The notes under the pieces were generated by a model. The model made no database searches and was not told the origin of the DNA. It saw only the letters and a program-made list of their open reading frames with translations. From the NCBI GenBank assembly GCA_018817595.1, contig JAHITU010000007.1, positions 8,775 to 72,774 on the forward strand: a stretch of 64,000 nucleotides of DNA. The letters are read 5' to 3'. This document shows positions 10,404 to 20,875 of the stretch, one piece after another. The stretch comes from Patescibacteria group bacterium. Lineage in GTDB: Bacteria; Patescibacteriota; Minisyncoccia; Phycocordibacterales; UBA12079. Every line of letters starts with the position of its first letter. The stretch's first letter is position 1. Position numbers and translations under genes: made by a program.

Positions 10404-11729
10404 ATGAAAAACATATTCAAAAAAATAATAGTTTCAATTCTTCAATTTGAAGCCAAATTAGTATTGAAGAAATATAAACCAAAGATTGTGGCTGTGACTG
10501 GTTCAGTAGGAAAGACCACTACCAAAGATGCAATTTACACAGTTTTAAATTCAGCTTTTTATGTTAGAAAATCTGAGAAATCTTTTAATAGTGAAATTGG
10601 TGTACCTCTAACTATTTTAGGTTGTGAAAATGCTTGGAGTAACCCTTTTCTTTGGGTTAAAAATATCTTTATAGGTTTAGGAGTTATTTTATTAAAAAAT
10701 CATTATCCAAAATGGTTAATTTTAGAAGTTGGTGCTGATGCTCCGGGAGACATAAAGAGGTCAGCTAAACTATTAAGACCAAACATTGTGGTTATGACTC
10801 AATTTGCTAAAGTCCCTGTTCATGTTGAATTTTTTAAATCCCCTCAAGATTTAATGGATGAAAAAAAGAAGTTAGCTAAATATATGAGAAGAAATGGAAT
10901 TTTAGTTTTTAATTATGATGATGAAGATATGGCTTCCATTAAAATTCCAACTGATGCCCAAAAAATATCTTTTGGTTACAAAGATGGAGCAGATATTCAA
11001 GGAATGAATGATGAAATATTATATAAGGATGGAGCTCCTGTAGGACAAATGTTTAGAGTCGAATATGCTGGAGCTTCAGCCCCTATGAAATTAAATGGTG
11101 TTATAGGAAAAGCTCATAGTTTTTCAGCCTTAGCAGCTATTGCTGTGGGAGCCTCACAAAATTTAAACGTCGCTCAGATTTCAGAAGCTTTAGCTAAAAA
11201 TTATAGAACTCAACCAGGAAGAATGAGAGTTCTAAAAGGAATAAAGAAAACTACATTAATCGATGATTCATATAATGCTTCTCCTATTGCTGTGCAAAAA
11301 GCTGTAGAAACTATGGGAATGCTAAGGGTTAAAGAAGAGGGGGTTGATCCTGAAGAACATCACGGTCGCAAAATAGTGGCTTTAGGTGATATGCTCGAGC
11401 TTGGAAAATTCTCAGCAGAAGAGCATAAAAAAATAGGGGAGTTAGTTGCTAAGAATGCAGATGTTTTAGTAGCTGTTGGTCTGCGAGCTCAACAACATAT
11501 TGTAGAAGGAGCTTTGATTGGTGGCATGAGTGAAAAAAATATTTTTTCATTTGAAAAATCAGATGAAGCTGGAAAATTTTTACAGAATGAAATTCACGAA
11601 AACGATATTGTTTTAATAAAAGGTTCTCAGTCAATTCGTATGGAAAAAATTACCGGAGAAATAATGGCAGAACCAGAAAAAAAGAGGGAATTGCTAGTGA
11701 GACAAGAAGCCGAATGGCTGCTGCGCTAA
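10404..11729 (+). CDS. murF: UDP-MurNAc-tripeptide:D-Ala-D-Ala ligase
   Basis: VTGSVGKTTTK, IDDSYNASP, LGDMLELG, LIKGS. Confidence 0.92.
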   Translation: MKNIFKKIIVSILQFEAKLVLKKYKPKIVAVTGSVGKTTTKDAIYTVLNSAFYVRKSEKSFNSEIGVPLTILGCENAWSNPFLWVKNIFIGLGVILLKNHYPKWLILEVGADAPGDIKRSAKLLRPNIVVMTQFAKVPVHVEFFKSPQDLMDEKKKLAKYMRRNGILVFNYDDEDMASIKIPTDAQKISFGYKDGADIQGMNDEILYKDGAPVGQMFRVEYAGASAPMKLNGVIGKAHSFSALAAIAVGASQNLNVAQISEALAKNYRTQPGRMRVLKGIKKTTLIDDSYNASPIAVQKAVETMGMLRVKEEGVDPEEHHGRKIVALGDMLELGKFSAEEHKKIGELVAKNADVLVAVGLRAQQHIVEGALIGGMSEKNIFSFEKSDEAGKFLQNEIHENDIVLIKGSQSIRMEKITGEIMAEPEKKRELLVRQEAEWLLR

Positions 11730-11961
11730 AAATGATTAGGGGTCGTTCCTCTTAATAAAGATAATTGTAATCTTTAGGCAAAAATTAAAAAGCTAAGATA
11801 ACCGAGGTGCGACCCCTAATTTAAATTTTAAATTATGAAGTCCGATTTCTGTCTGCCCCTGCGCGCCGGCAGGCGTGGGCATAGGCAGGGGTTGGGGTGT
11901 TCAAATGGCTAAAACCTTAATAATAAATAGCCCAACCGGTTGGGCTATTTAATTTACTTCA

Positions 11962-12001
11962 ATTTCTATTATAGTATTATGCATAATACTATAATAGAAA
12001 T
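11962..12001. repeat. 40-bp perfect palindrome (same consensus as wHTH-flanking sites, no gene)
   Basis: atttctattatagtattatg|cataatactataatagaaat. Confidence 0.85.
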
Positions 12002-12058
12002 AGAAATATAAAAACAAAAACCGCTCAAACAAAACTGAGCGGTTTTTGTTTGAGCGGG

Positions 12059-12223
12059 TTATCTTGTCACGATTATTTTTTTGCCGTGTATATGGTATAT
12101 TTCCTTATTTATTTTTCCACCACTTAGCCCTGTTCTGTGCTTTGTCTTTATAAATCCATCTTGTTGGGGTAAGTTTTCTTTCGGTACTTTATTTTTTTCT
12201 TCTTTTTTCGAATCCTTTTCCAT
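12059..12223 (-). CDS. 54-aa hypothetical protein (not in ORF track)
   Basis: MEKDSKKEEKNKVPKENLPQQDGFIKTKHRTGLSGGKINKEIYHIHGKKIIVTR; AGAGG SD, TTTACA/TATACT promoter, terminator at ~12012-12051. Confidence 0.6.
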   Translation of the reverse strand: MEKDSKKEEKNKVPKENLPQQDGFIKTKHRTGLSGGKINKEIYHIHGKKIIVTR

Positions 12224-12293
12224 TTTGAACCTCTTTTTTTATAGATTAACAACTATAATCAGTATATAATTTTTTATACTTTTGTAAAGTGAT

Positions 12294-13160
12294 TTAACCC
12301 CTAACCCTAATCTTTCCTAAAGATTGAGAAATTAATCCTTTGATTTCCATTGAGGATAGAAGAATATTTATTTGGCTAGTGGGTAAATTCAATTCTTGAA
12401 TTAACTCATCCCTCGTTTTAGGTTCACGGATATTTTCTAAGATAAGCTTTTCTTCTTTTGAGCAATCGTTAAACCTCATTTCTAATTGCTGAGAGGTGTC
12501 TAATAAATCAAAGCCCAAAACTTGGAGTAAGTCCTGACTAGAATTAATAGGAGTGGCTCCTTCGTTTAATAATCGATTAGAACCCTTGGAGTAAAGGGAA
12601 AAAACAGAATTAGGCACAGCGCAAAGTTCTCGATTATAATCCAATGCCAGACGAGCAGTAATTAAAGTGCCTGATTTTTCGGTGGCTTCAATAACCAAAG
12701 TGGCTTTAGCTAAGCCAGCCATAATTCTATTTCTTTGAGGAAAAGTCCACGGTGCCGCTCCTTGGTTTGGTTCGTATTCTGATAATAAAGTCCCTCCTGA
12801 TTTCAATATTTTTTCAGCCAAGGGTAGATTCGATTTTGGATAAAGAACTTTTCTATCCAACCCTGACCCAGGTACAGCCATAGTATTCAGTCTATTTTCT
12901 AGGGCCGAGTTATGAGCAATAGCATCAATGCCTAAAGCCAAACCAGAAACAATCGTAATATCGTAGCCTTTTAGCCCTGCAATTAATTTCTCACAAACTT
13001 CTTTTCCGTATTGAGAATATTTACGAGAACCCACCACAGTTAAAAAAACAGAATCCCAATTAGGTTTCATTCCAATATAATACAATTGCTCAGGAGCATC
13101 GTTCATTTCCAAAATATTCTCTGACCAATCTTCTTTTTTTAATTTTAATATTTCTTCCAC
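12294..13160 (-). CDS. dprA: DNA-processing protein DprA
   Basis: VVGSRK, VSGLALGID, FPQRNRIMAGL, C-terminal wHTH. Confidence 0.95.
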   Translation of the reverse strand: MEEILKLKKEDWSENILEMNDAPEQLYYIGMKPNWDSVFLTVVGSRKYSQYGKEVCEKLIAGLKGYDITIVSGLALGIDAIAHNSALENRLNTMAVPGSGLDRKVLYPKSNLPLAEKILKSGGTLLSEYEPNQGAAPWTFPQRNRIMAGLAKATLVIEATEKSGTLITARLALDYNRELCAVPNSVFSLYSKGSNRLLNEGATPINSSQDLLQVLGFDLLDTSQQLEMRFNDCSKEEKLILENIREPKTRDELIQELNLPTSQINILLSSMEIKGLISQSLGKIRVRG

Positions 13161-13633
13161 TGAATATATTTTAACATATTATATCCCACCTCTTTTTATT
13201 TTATTTGTTGATAAATGCCATACTAGTCCAATCGATTGGAATATTCCAATCGATTGGACTATTTTTTTGTTTATTATTTTGTTTACTTTTTTAATTTTAA
13301 TATTTCTGCTAATATTATAGTAACGCACAACCTCATAACGTCTCTGCGAGGAAGCCTGCACTATTTTTGAAAATTAGAATTTTCAAAAATAGTGCTGGGT
13401 GACGAAGCAGTCCAGAGTTATAAGCAAGCGATTTTTAATGAAAATGTTTTTAAATTATAACAAAAGAATAAATTCAGCTTCAAAAAGCCCTAAACCTTTA
13501 AGCAAAAAGGTTTAGGGCTAATTCCAGACTCGGAAAATTGTTAATTAATAAGCCAACGGAAAAGAGTTTGAGAAATTTGCAAAGAAAATTTCTCCCTAAC
13601 AACCTAATTCCTAAAAGCTAACCTACTAAAAAA

Positions 13634-15223
13634 ATGTTAGATATAAAATTTATAAGAGATAATAAAGAAGCTGTGCAAATGGGTGCTAAGAAAAAGCACA
13701 TTGATTTTGATGTAGAAAGATTATTAAAAGTAGATGATGAAAGAAAAGGAGCAGTGGCTTCTGTGGAAAGACTTAGAACTGAACAAAATATAATTTCAGA
13801 CAGAGTAGCCAAAACAGAACAATTTGCTCAAAAGGAATTGTTGATTGAACAATCTCAAAAACTAAAAGCCGAATTACAAAAATCAGAAGAGGAATTGAAA
13901 GACATAATGAATCGTTGGAAATTATTGATGCTACAAGTGCCCAATATTCCAGATATGTCAGTGCCAGAAGGAGAGTCAGATGAAGAAAATCAAGAAATCA
14001 AAGCTTGGGGAGAAAAAACATCTTTTGATTTTGAAGCCAAAGACCATGTTCAAATTATGAATGATTTGGAAATGGTAGATTTTGAAAGAGGAACAAAGAT
14101 TCATGGATTCAGAGGTTATTATCTTATAGGAGACGGAGCCAGACTTTCTTGGGCTATTTGGAATTATGCCAATGACTTTTTTGGAGCCAAAGGTTTTGTT
14201 CCAATGATTCCTCCTGCTATTGTGCGAAAAGAAAATCTTTATGGAACAGGACATTTACCTAATGATGCTGATGATGTTTATCAAACTCAAGACGAAGACT
14301 ATTTAATTGGAACAGCTGAAATTCCAGTAACAGGTTTCCATTCAGGAGAAATTTTAAAGGATACAGATTTACCTAAAAAATATTTAGGATTTTCTCCTTG
14401 TTTTAGAAGAGAGGCTGGAAGCCACGGCAGAGACACCAAAGGACTTATCCGAGTAAATGAATTTTTTAAAGTAGAACAAGTTATTCTGTGTGAAGCCAGT
14501 CACGAAGAGTCAGTTAAATGGCATGAATGGATAAATAGAAATACAGAAGAATTTATTGAGTCTTTAGGGATTCCTTATCATACAGTGATTAACTGTGGAG
14601 GGGACCTAGGACAAGGTCAGGTTAAAAAATACGATGTTGAATTATGGGTTCCAGGAGAACAAAAATATCGAGAAATTTCTTCAGCTTCATATTTTCATGA
14701 TTTTCAAGCCAGAAGATTTAACATTCGCTATAAGAAAGGCGAGGAGAAGGCCAAGTATGTGCATACTCTGAATTGTACTGCTATACCAACTCCTAGAATT
14801 TTAGTTTCTTTAGTGGAAAACTTTCAACAAGCTGATGGCTCTGTAAAGATTCCAGAAGCTCTTCAAAAATATATGGGAGGAAGAGAAGTAATTAAAAAAG
14901 AAATTCTTGAAGATAAAAAAGAAAAAATCGAAGAAAAACCTGTGCTTGATAATGAAGATATTCAAACCACTCAGCCAAAAGTTGTCGAAGAAATAACTCA
15001 AGAACAAAAACCTTTTGTAGAAGAACCAATTCAAAGACAGAAACAAGTAGAAATTCAAGAAAATAATACTGAAGAAAAACCTGTGTTTGATAATGAAGAT
15101 ATTCAAACAACTGATTTTGTTCAACAAAATCCGTCTATTGAAGAAGTCGAACAAACTCCAAATATAGAATTACCAATTCAAGAGGAAAATAAACCAGAAG
15201 ACTCAGAACAACTAAGATATTAA
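13634..15223 (+). CDS. serS: serine--tRNA ligase with acidic C-terminal extension
   Basis: MLDIKFIR, FRREAGSHGRDTKGLIRV, EISSAS, HTLN. Confidence 0.95.
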   Translation: MLDIKFIRDNKEAVQMGAKKKHIDFDVERLLKVDDERKGAVASVERLRTEQNIISDRVAKTEQFAQKELLIEQSQKLKAELQKSEEELKDIMNRWKLLMLQVPNIPDMSVPEGESDEENQEIKAWGEKTSFDFEAKDHVQIMNDLEMVDFERGTKIHGFRGYYLIGDGARLSWAIWNYANDFFGAKGFVPMIPPAIVRKENLYGTGHLPNDADDVYQTQDEDYLIGTAEIPVTGFHSGEILKDTDLPKKYLGFSPCFRREAGSHGRDTKGLIRVNEFFKVEQVILCEASHEESVKWHEWINRNTEEFIESLGIPYHTVINCGGDLGQGQVKKYDVELWVPGEQKYREISSASYFHDFQARRFNIRYKKGEEKAKYVHTLNCTAIPTPRILVSLVENFQQADGSVKIPEALQKYMGGREVIKKEILEDKKEKIEEKPVLDNEDIQTTQPKVVEEITQEQKPFVEEPIQRQKQVEIQENNTEEKPVFDNEDIQTTDFVQQNPSIEEVEQTPNIELPIQEENKPEDSEQLRY

Positions 15224-15310
15224 AATTAAAAACGGAGAGGTTGAACCTCTCCGTTTTTAATTTGGATTGAATCTAAACCTGAAGTCAGAATTTTTGTATA
15301 TGAGATCCGA

Positions 15311-15403
15311 CCCAGCACTTTGTTGCAATAGTATAAATATAGTTTATAAGAAATAAATATTATTTTTTAAATAAAAATAAGTAATTTAATTCAAAGTGCT
15401 GGG
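15311..15403. mobile_element. 93-bp MITE-like element with 12-bp terminal inverted repeats
   Basis: cccagcactttg...caaagtgctggg; copies at 26532-26624, 41046-41139, and a longer one at 18750-18950. Confidence 0.65.
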
Positions 15404-15520
15404 TCGTACCTCTAAATTATTGATAAGTTTAATCTAAATTTGAAATCTAACTCCGCTTAACGGTAGTCTTTACAGACTTTTGACTTTCGACTTTAGACTG
15501 GTTGATGCTATAATATTTTC

Positions 15521-16516
15521 ATGTTAAGAAAATTTAGATCAGAAGAAATTGCTAAAAAACATAAGAGAATTTTTTGGTTAAAATTCACCTTGTTTTGGAT
15601 TTTGTTGTTCGCTTTGGTTTATTCACTTTCCTATGCTTCTAAACAAGAAAAAATAAATATTCAGAATATAAATATAAACGGAAACAAAGTAATTCAAGAA
15701 GAAGAAATCCTAAAAATAGTAAACGAAAATTTAGAAGGTAATTATCTATGGTTGTTTCCTAAATCAAATATTTTTATCTACCCAAAATCTAAAATAAAAG
15801 AAGATTTATTAAATTCTTTTTTGAGGATAAAAGAATTAATGGTGACTTTTAATGATTTACAAAGCATAGATATAAATATAGAAGAAAGAACCCCCTTCGC
15901 CTTATATTGTGAAAAAAAAGACACTAACTTGGCAGTTGAACTGCCAAGTGAGGAATTAGAGCAAAATGATGAAATAAATAATGAAATTAATAATGAAATA
16001 GCTACTTCAACTAATTTCGCAACCAAGTTGCCAAATGATTCGGGTTTTGTCGATTTAGGAGAAATAAATGAAGAAGAATGTTATTTTATGGATAATGAAG
16101 CTTATATTTATGCAAAAGCAATGAGCTTTACCGATGATGTTTACTTTAAATATGAACAGGAATCATTAAAAACAAATAACTTGGGGGTAACACTCCCAAG
16201 TGATGGTAGAATATTAGGAAGAACTTATTTATCAGAATCTCCAGAAAGACATTTTGAAAAAATAAATTTATTTATTCGTTTTTTGAAGGATATTAATATC
16301 GATGTTTATAGATTGTTAGTAAAAGAAAACGGAGACTATGAACTAAGTTTTGATAATGGTTCGTTATTAATATTTGATGAAAAACAGGACTTTGATGTAT
16401 TATTAGAAAATCTCCAAGCCGTATTAATAGATCTTGGAGATTTAGAAGATAAAAAATTCGAATATATAGATTTAAGGTTTGATAATAAGGTACTCTATAA
16501 GTTTAAAGAGAAATGA
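15521..16516 (+). CDS. ftsQ: FtsQ/DivIB-like cell division protein
   Basis: N-terminal TM, POTRA-like region (ININGNKVI...IEERTP), C-terminal YIDLRF. Confidence 0.75.
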   Translation: MLRKFRSEEIAKKHKRIFWLKFTLFWILLFALVYSLSYASKQEKINIQNININGNKVIQEEEILKIVNENLEGNYLWLFPKSNIFIYPKSKIKEDLLNSFLRIKELMVTFNDLQSIDINIEERTPFALYCEKKDTNLAVELPSEELEQNDEINNEINNEIATSTNFATKLPNDSGFVDLGEINEEECYFMDNEAYIYAKAMSFTDDVYFKYEQESLKTNNLGVTLPSDGRILGRTYLSESPERHFEKINLFIRFLKDINIDVYRLLVKENGDYELSFDNGSLLIFDEKQDFDVLLENLQAVLIDLGDLEDKKFEYIDLRFDNKVLYKFKEK

Positions 16517-16606
16517 TTCTAAATTTAAAAACTTTGCCACCTCTTTATTTAAAAAGGTGACAAAGTTTTAACAAACGTTAGTGATATTTTATTCAATTTT
16601 TCGAGT

Positions 16607-16891
16607 TTAAAGTTTAAAATTCTCAAGACTTTTCGCGAACATAACTTCTTCTTGATTATTTTTACACCCCCAAATAACAATAGTTTCAGGATCTAGCCTT
16701 TTACAACAATGGCAAAATCCTTGTTGTTCACCTACAGGAGCTACCCCTAGAATTTTAAAATTTAATCCGTTTTTATGGGTTAAAATATCTCCACTTTTCA
16801 AACTAAATAATAGATTGGTTTCAAATTGTTTAAAGCACCCAGGAGAATTATCTATCTCAATTGATGTCCCAATTATTGTTGTTACATTCAT
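16607..16891 (-). CDS. hypothetical protein (orphan, strong SD)
   Basis: true start likely MNVTTIIG at 16891 preceded by aaggag; the longer ORF overlaps dus. Confidence 0.6.
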   Translation of the reverse strand: MNVTTIIGTSIEIDNSPGCFKQFETNLLFSLKSGDILTHKNGLNFKILGVAPVGEQQGFCHCCKRLDPETIVIWGCKNNQEEVMFAKSLENFKL

Positions 16892-16974
16892 TTCACATCT
16901 CCTTATTATAAAAAGATTTTTATTGATACAAACTACTAAAAATGATATTATCAAAAAATAATAAAATATGCAAT

Positions 16975-18102
16975 ATGTCAAATTTTTGGAAAAAAATAAA
17001 AGAAAACAAAAACTCCTCCTTCGCTGAAGCTTCGGCGAACAGGCCTTTTTTTGCATTGGCACCAATGTTGGATGTGACTGATTCGGCTTTTAGAGAAATA
17101 GTGGCTAAATATGGCAAACCAGATGTTTTGTGGACTGAGTTTGTTTCTTGTGATGGTATGTGTTCTGAGGGAAAAGAAAAATTAATGCACCTTTTGCATT
17201 ATACAGAAAAACAAAGACCGATTGTGGCTCAATTATTTGGGTCTAATCCAGAAAATTTTAAAAAAACTGCTCGCATTGTGGCTGAATTAGGATATGACGG
17301 AATTGATATAAATATGGGTTGTCCTCAAAAAACTATTCTTAAACAAGGAGCAGGGGCGTGTTTAATCTCCACTCCAGATTTAGCTCGAGAAATTATTAGA
17401 GCCACCAAGAAAGGAGCAGGGGATTTACCTGTGTCAGTCAAAACTAGAATTGGATATAAAGAAGACACATTAGAAGAATGGTTACCTGTAATTATAGAAG
17501 AAAAACCAGTGGCTATTACTGTTCATGGAAGGACTCAAAAAGAAATGTCTCAGGTGCCTGCTCGTTGGGATAGAATTAAAAAAGCAGTAGAAATGGCAAA
17601 AGGAACTGGGATTATAATGATTGGAAATGGAGATGTTAAATCTATTGAGGAGGGAATTGAGCGAGCCAAAGAATCAGGAGTGGACGGAGTAATGATTGGT
17701 CGCGGAATCTTCGGCAACCCATGGTTATTTAGTAGAAAATGCGGACAGGACGCTGATATATACAGAATTAACGCGGAAAAATTTGTAGGTACCGAGTACC
17801 TACAAATAGATAATGACTTGGACACCGGGTGTCCAAGTATTGAAGAAAAGTTAGGGGTTTTGATTGAACATATCGAATTGTATGAGAAATATTATGCTAA
17901 AGAATACAAAGAAGGGGATTGGGTCTTTAAGTCTTCTCGCTCTGATGGGCGAATAAAACCTTTTAATATGATGAAAAAACATATAGGAGCTTATGTAAAA
18001 GAATTCAAAGGAGCCAAAGAGCTAAGAATGGAATTAATGGAAACAGAAAGTGAAAAAGAAGCGGTAGATATTTTAAAAAAATATCTAAGATTTAAGATTT
18101 AA
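16975..18102 (+). CDS. dus: tRNA-dihydrouridine synthase
   Basis: LAPMLDVTD, QLFG, DINMGCP, VHGRT, GNGD, MIGRG. Confidence 0.92.
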   Translation: MSNFWKKIKENKNSSFAEASANRPFFALAPMLDVTDSAFREIVAKYGKPDVLWTEFVSCDGMCSEGKEKLMHLLHYTEKQRPIVAQLFGSNPENFKKTARIVAELGYDGIDINMGCPQKTILKQGAGACLISTPDLAREIIRATKKGAGDLPVSVKTRIGYKEDTLEEWLPVIIEEKPVAITVHGRTQKEMSQVPARWDRIKKAVEMAKGTGIIMIGNGDVKSIEEGIERAKESGVDGVMIGRGIFGNPWLFSRKCGQDADIYRINAEKFVGTEYLQIDNDLDTGCPSIEEKLGVLIEHIELYEKYYAKEYKEGDWVFKSSRSDGRIKPFNMMKKHIGAYVKEFKGAKELRMELMETESEKEAVDILKKYLRFKI

Positions 18103-18345
18103 GAATTATGATTTAAGAACGAATTTTACTCTGCAAAATAAATGAAAAGCCTGCGGACAGCCTGCCCACTCCTGCCGGCGCGCAGGGGCGGACAGGCGAC
18201 TTGAGGTGTTGGATTTCAACAATTTGGGCTTGATTTTTGGAGTAATGTCAGATATTCTAATTTAAAGAATAGTTCTGTTTTTCAATGTAATTTTTTAATT
18301 ATGTTGAAAATGTAATTTAACCTAGTAAATTAGAGGAGAGTATTT

Positions 18346-18582
18346 ATGGTTGGTTTATGTTGCTCTGGTAAGAAAAGAGGTGATAAGGGTGAGGGTTTAG
18401 GTTCTCATCCAGTTAGGCTTGATAAAAGTGAGGGTCGTTTGGTTGTTCTAAAAAGTCCAAATGGAACTTACACAGAATTCTTCAACCCTGATATTGCAAA
18501 ACCTATAGCTCAAACAGAAAGAAGAAAGGGGCAAGTTGGTCCAAATAGAGGACGAAGGTCTTTAGACCATCTTCAGATTTAA
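18346..18582 (+). CDS. small hypothetical protein (orphan, strong SD)
   Basis: gaggag SD; terminator at 18594-18629. Confidence 0.55.
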   Translation: MVGLCCSGKKRGDKGEGLGSHPVRLDKSEGRLVVLKSPNGTYTEFFNPDIAKPIAQTERRKGQVGPNRGRRSLDHLQI

Positions 18583-18629
18583 GAATCAAACAAAAAGCCC
18601 GTCAGCTGTGGTTAAGCTGACGGGATTTT

Positions 18630-19447
18630 ATTATGTTCTTTTATATCTATAAGCCGGATTCTGTTATCATCCGATCATTAAAAATGATTTAGGATAATAG
18701 ATAGTTATTTATCTGGATATATTGTCGCCAATATATCTCAAGCGGCACCCCCAGCACTTTGAGCATAAGCTCAAAAATTTTCAATTTACAATTTACAATT
18801 TTCAACCAATGAAATAATTTTCAATTTACAATGACGAATTTTGGCAGAGCCAAAATTCGTAAACATTGAACATTTAATCATTGAAAATTCATTGAGAATT
18901 GAAAATTGATTATTGGAAATTCTTTGTTTGCTTACAAACAAAGTGCTGGGTACGGCCTTGCATTTGGGTAAGGATTTAGCCGTTTCAATCTTCAAGTTTC
19001 CATGAAGCTAATCCCGAAGGATTCTGATTTTCTTTCGATTGTCAGCGTCTCTGTTCGCACCTCAGAAGCACCTCGCTATCGCTCGTTGCAGATTTAAGAA
19101 TATAGATTTAAGATTTAAGAGAAAAAATCACAAAGTGATTCTTCTGTTATCTTAATTCCTAATTCTTAAATCATAAATCTGTATCTCACGATAGTGAGAT
19201 GCTCCGACAGGTATTACCTGCTACCATTTTAACTAAGCACCTCGCTATCGCTCGTTGCAGATTTAAGAATATAGATTTAAGATTTAAGAGAAAAAATCAC
19301 AAAGTGATTTTTTATTTTCTTAATTCCTAATTCTTAAATCATAAATCTGTATCTCACGATAGTGAGATGCTTAAGTAAATGTCCGGACTTTCCTCCAAAT
19401 TTTTATAAATAAAAACTCGGCAACTATCCGATATAAAAGAACATAAT
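18630..19447 (-). ncRNA. rnpB: RNase P RNA with three large insertions
   Basis: minus strand GAGGAAAGTCCGGAC, AACAGAGAC, TGAAACGG, GCAAG, AGATAAAT, AACAGAATCCGGCTTAT; 18-bp P1 (18630-18647/19430-19447); TTGCTA-17-TATAAT promoter. Confidence 0.92.
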
Positions 19448-19663
19448 CACATTATACAATAAAATATAATATTTAGCAAAAGTTCATAAAAACTAAGTTG
19501 TGGATAATAAAATAACCATATATTCCAATATGTAGTATAATTGTTTAGGAAGTTAGGAAGTTAGGAAGTTAGGAAGTTAGGAATTAGTTAATTAGGAAAA
19601 AATTTACTTCGTAAATTTTTTAGCTAAAAACTAATAAGCTAACCCCTAATTAGCTAAACATTT

Positions 19664-20767
19664 ATGTCTAATAAAATAAAAACAGATAAAATATTCGCAT
19701 TTATAGTATTCCTACTGATTTCTTTTGGGTCTTTTTTATTCTTATCTGCTTCTATGGGTTTATTAGCAAAAGATAATGGAAATTTTCTTAATGTTTTTTT
19801 GAAACAAATTGGTTTTGGTCTAGGTGGGGGTTTAATTCTAATGTTTTTTTTGTCTAGATTAGATTATAGAAAATATAAAAAATATGCTTTTTATATTTTT
19901 CTCGGTTCTCTAATTATGTCCTGCCTAGTTTTTGTTCCAGGGATTGGTTTCGAACATGGAGGAGCGAAAAGATGGCTAGATATATTTGGTTTTTCTTTTC
20001 AACCTGCGGAATTATTAAAAATATCTTTTGTAGTATATTTTGCTGCTTTCTTATCTGCTTTTAAATCAAAATTGAATGATTGGAAGTATAGCATTTTACC
20101 TATTTTAATTTTATTATCTTTTGTTGCAGCTTTATCTTTTTTTCAACCAGATTACGGAACCTTAGTAATTATTATTATTACAGCCTTTGGAATGCTTTTG
20201 ACAGCTGAAGTTAATTTTAAACATCTAAGTATTATTATTGGTTCGGCAACATTGGCAGTTATCCCACTAGCTTTATATAAAACCTATATAATAGAAAGGT
20301 TATTAACTTTCCTAAGACCTGCTCAAGATGCTTTAGGGGCCTCTTATCAAATAAACCAATCATTAGTAGCTATTGGATCTGGAGGTTTTTGGGGAAAAGG
20401 TTTTGGTAAATCTGTTCAAAAGTTTGGGCTTTTACCAGAACCAATGGGTGATTCTATTTTCGCTGTGACTGCTGAGGAATGGGGTTTTGTAGGTTGTTTG
20501 TTTTTGATAACATTATTTTTATTGTTTGCAATAAGAGGTTTAAGGATTGCCACTCATTCAACAGATGTTTTTGGTAGACTATTAGCTATAGGTATTGTTA
20601 TACTAATAGTATCCCAGTCATTTATAAACATAGCCTCCATGTTAGGAATCTTCCCGATGATTGGAATGCCGTTAATTTTTGTTAGTCAGGGAGGAACGGC
20701 TTTGTTGTTTGCTTTGGCCGAGGTAGGTATTTTATTAAATATATCGAAATATAGTAAACAAAAATAA
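19664..20767 (+). CDS. ftsW: SEDS peptidoglycan polymerase FtsW
   Basis: GAKRWL, FQPAELLK, QPDYGT, DSIFAVTAEEWG; adjacent to murG. Confidence 0.92.
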   Translation: MSNKIKTDKIFAFIVFLLISFGSFLFLSASMGLLAKDNGNFLNVFLKQIGFGLGGGLILMFFLSRLDYRKYKKYAFYIFLGSLIMSCLVFVPGIGFEHGGAKRWLDIFGFSFQPAELLKISFVVYFAAFLSAFKSKLNDWKYSILPILILLSFVAALSFFQPDYGTLVIIIITAFGMLLTAEVNFKHLSIIIGSATLAVIPLALYKTYIIERLLTFLRPAQDALGASYQINQSLVAIGSGGFWGKGFGKSVQKFGLLPEPMGDSIFAVTAEEWGFVGCLFLITLFLLFAIRGLRIATHSTDVFGRLLAIGIVILIVSQSFINIASMLGIFPMIGMPLIFVSQGGTALLFALAEVGILLNISKYSKQK

Positions 20768-20875
20768 ACTTCGTTTATTTTTGAATTCGAAATTATAAAT
20801 TGTAGATTTTAAATTTTAAATTTTTCTAAACTTTAAACTTTAAAAACTTTACAAACTTTTAACTAATCTAATATT

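Noticed and set aside
18786-18995. 69-aa ORF on the minus strand
   Set aside because: Falls within the RNase P RNA and its heptamer-repeat insert; no intron-encoded protein features.
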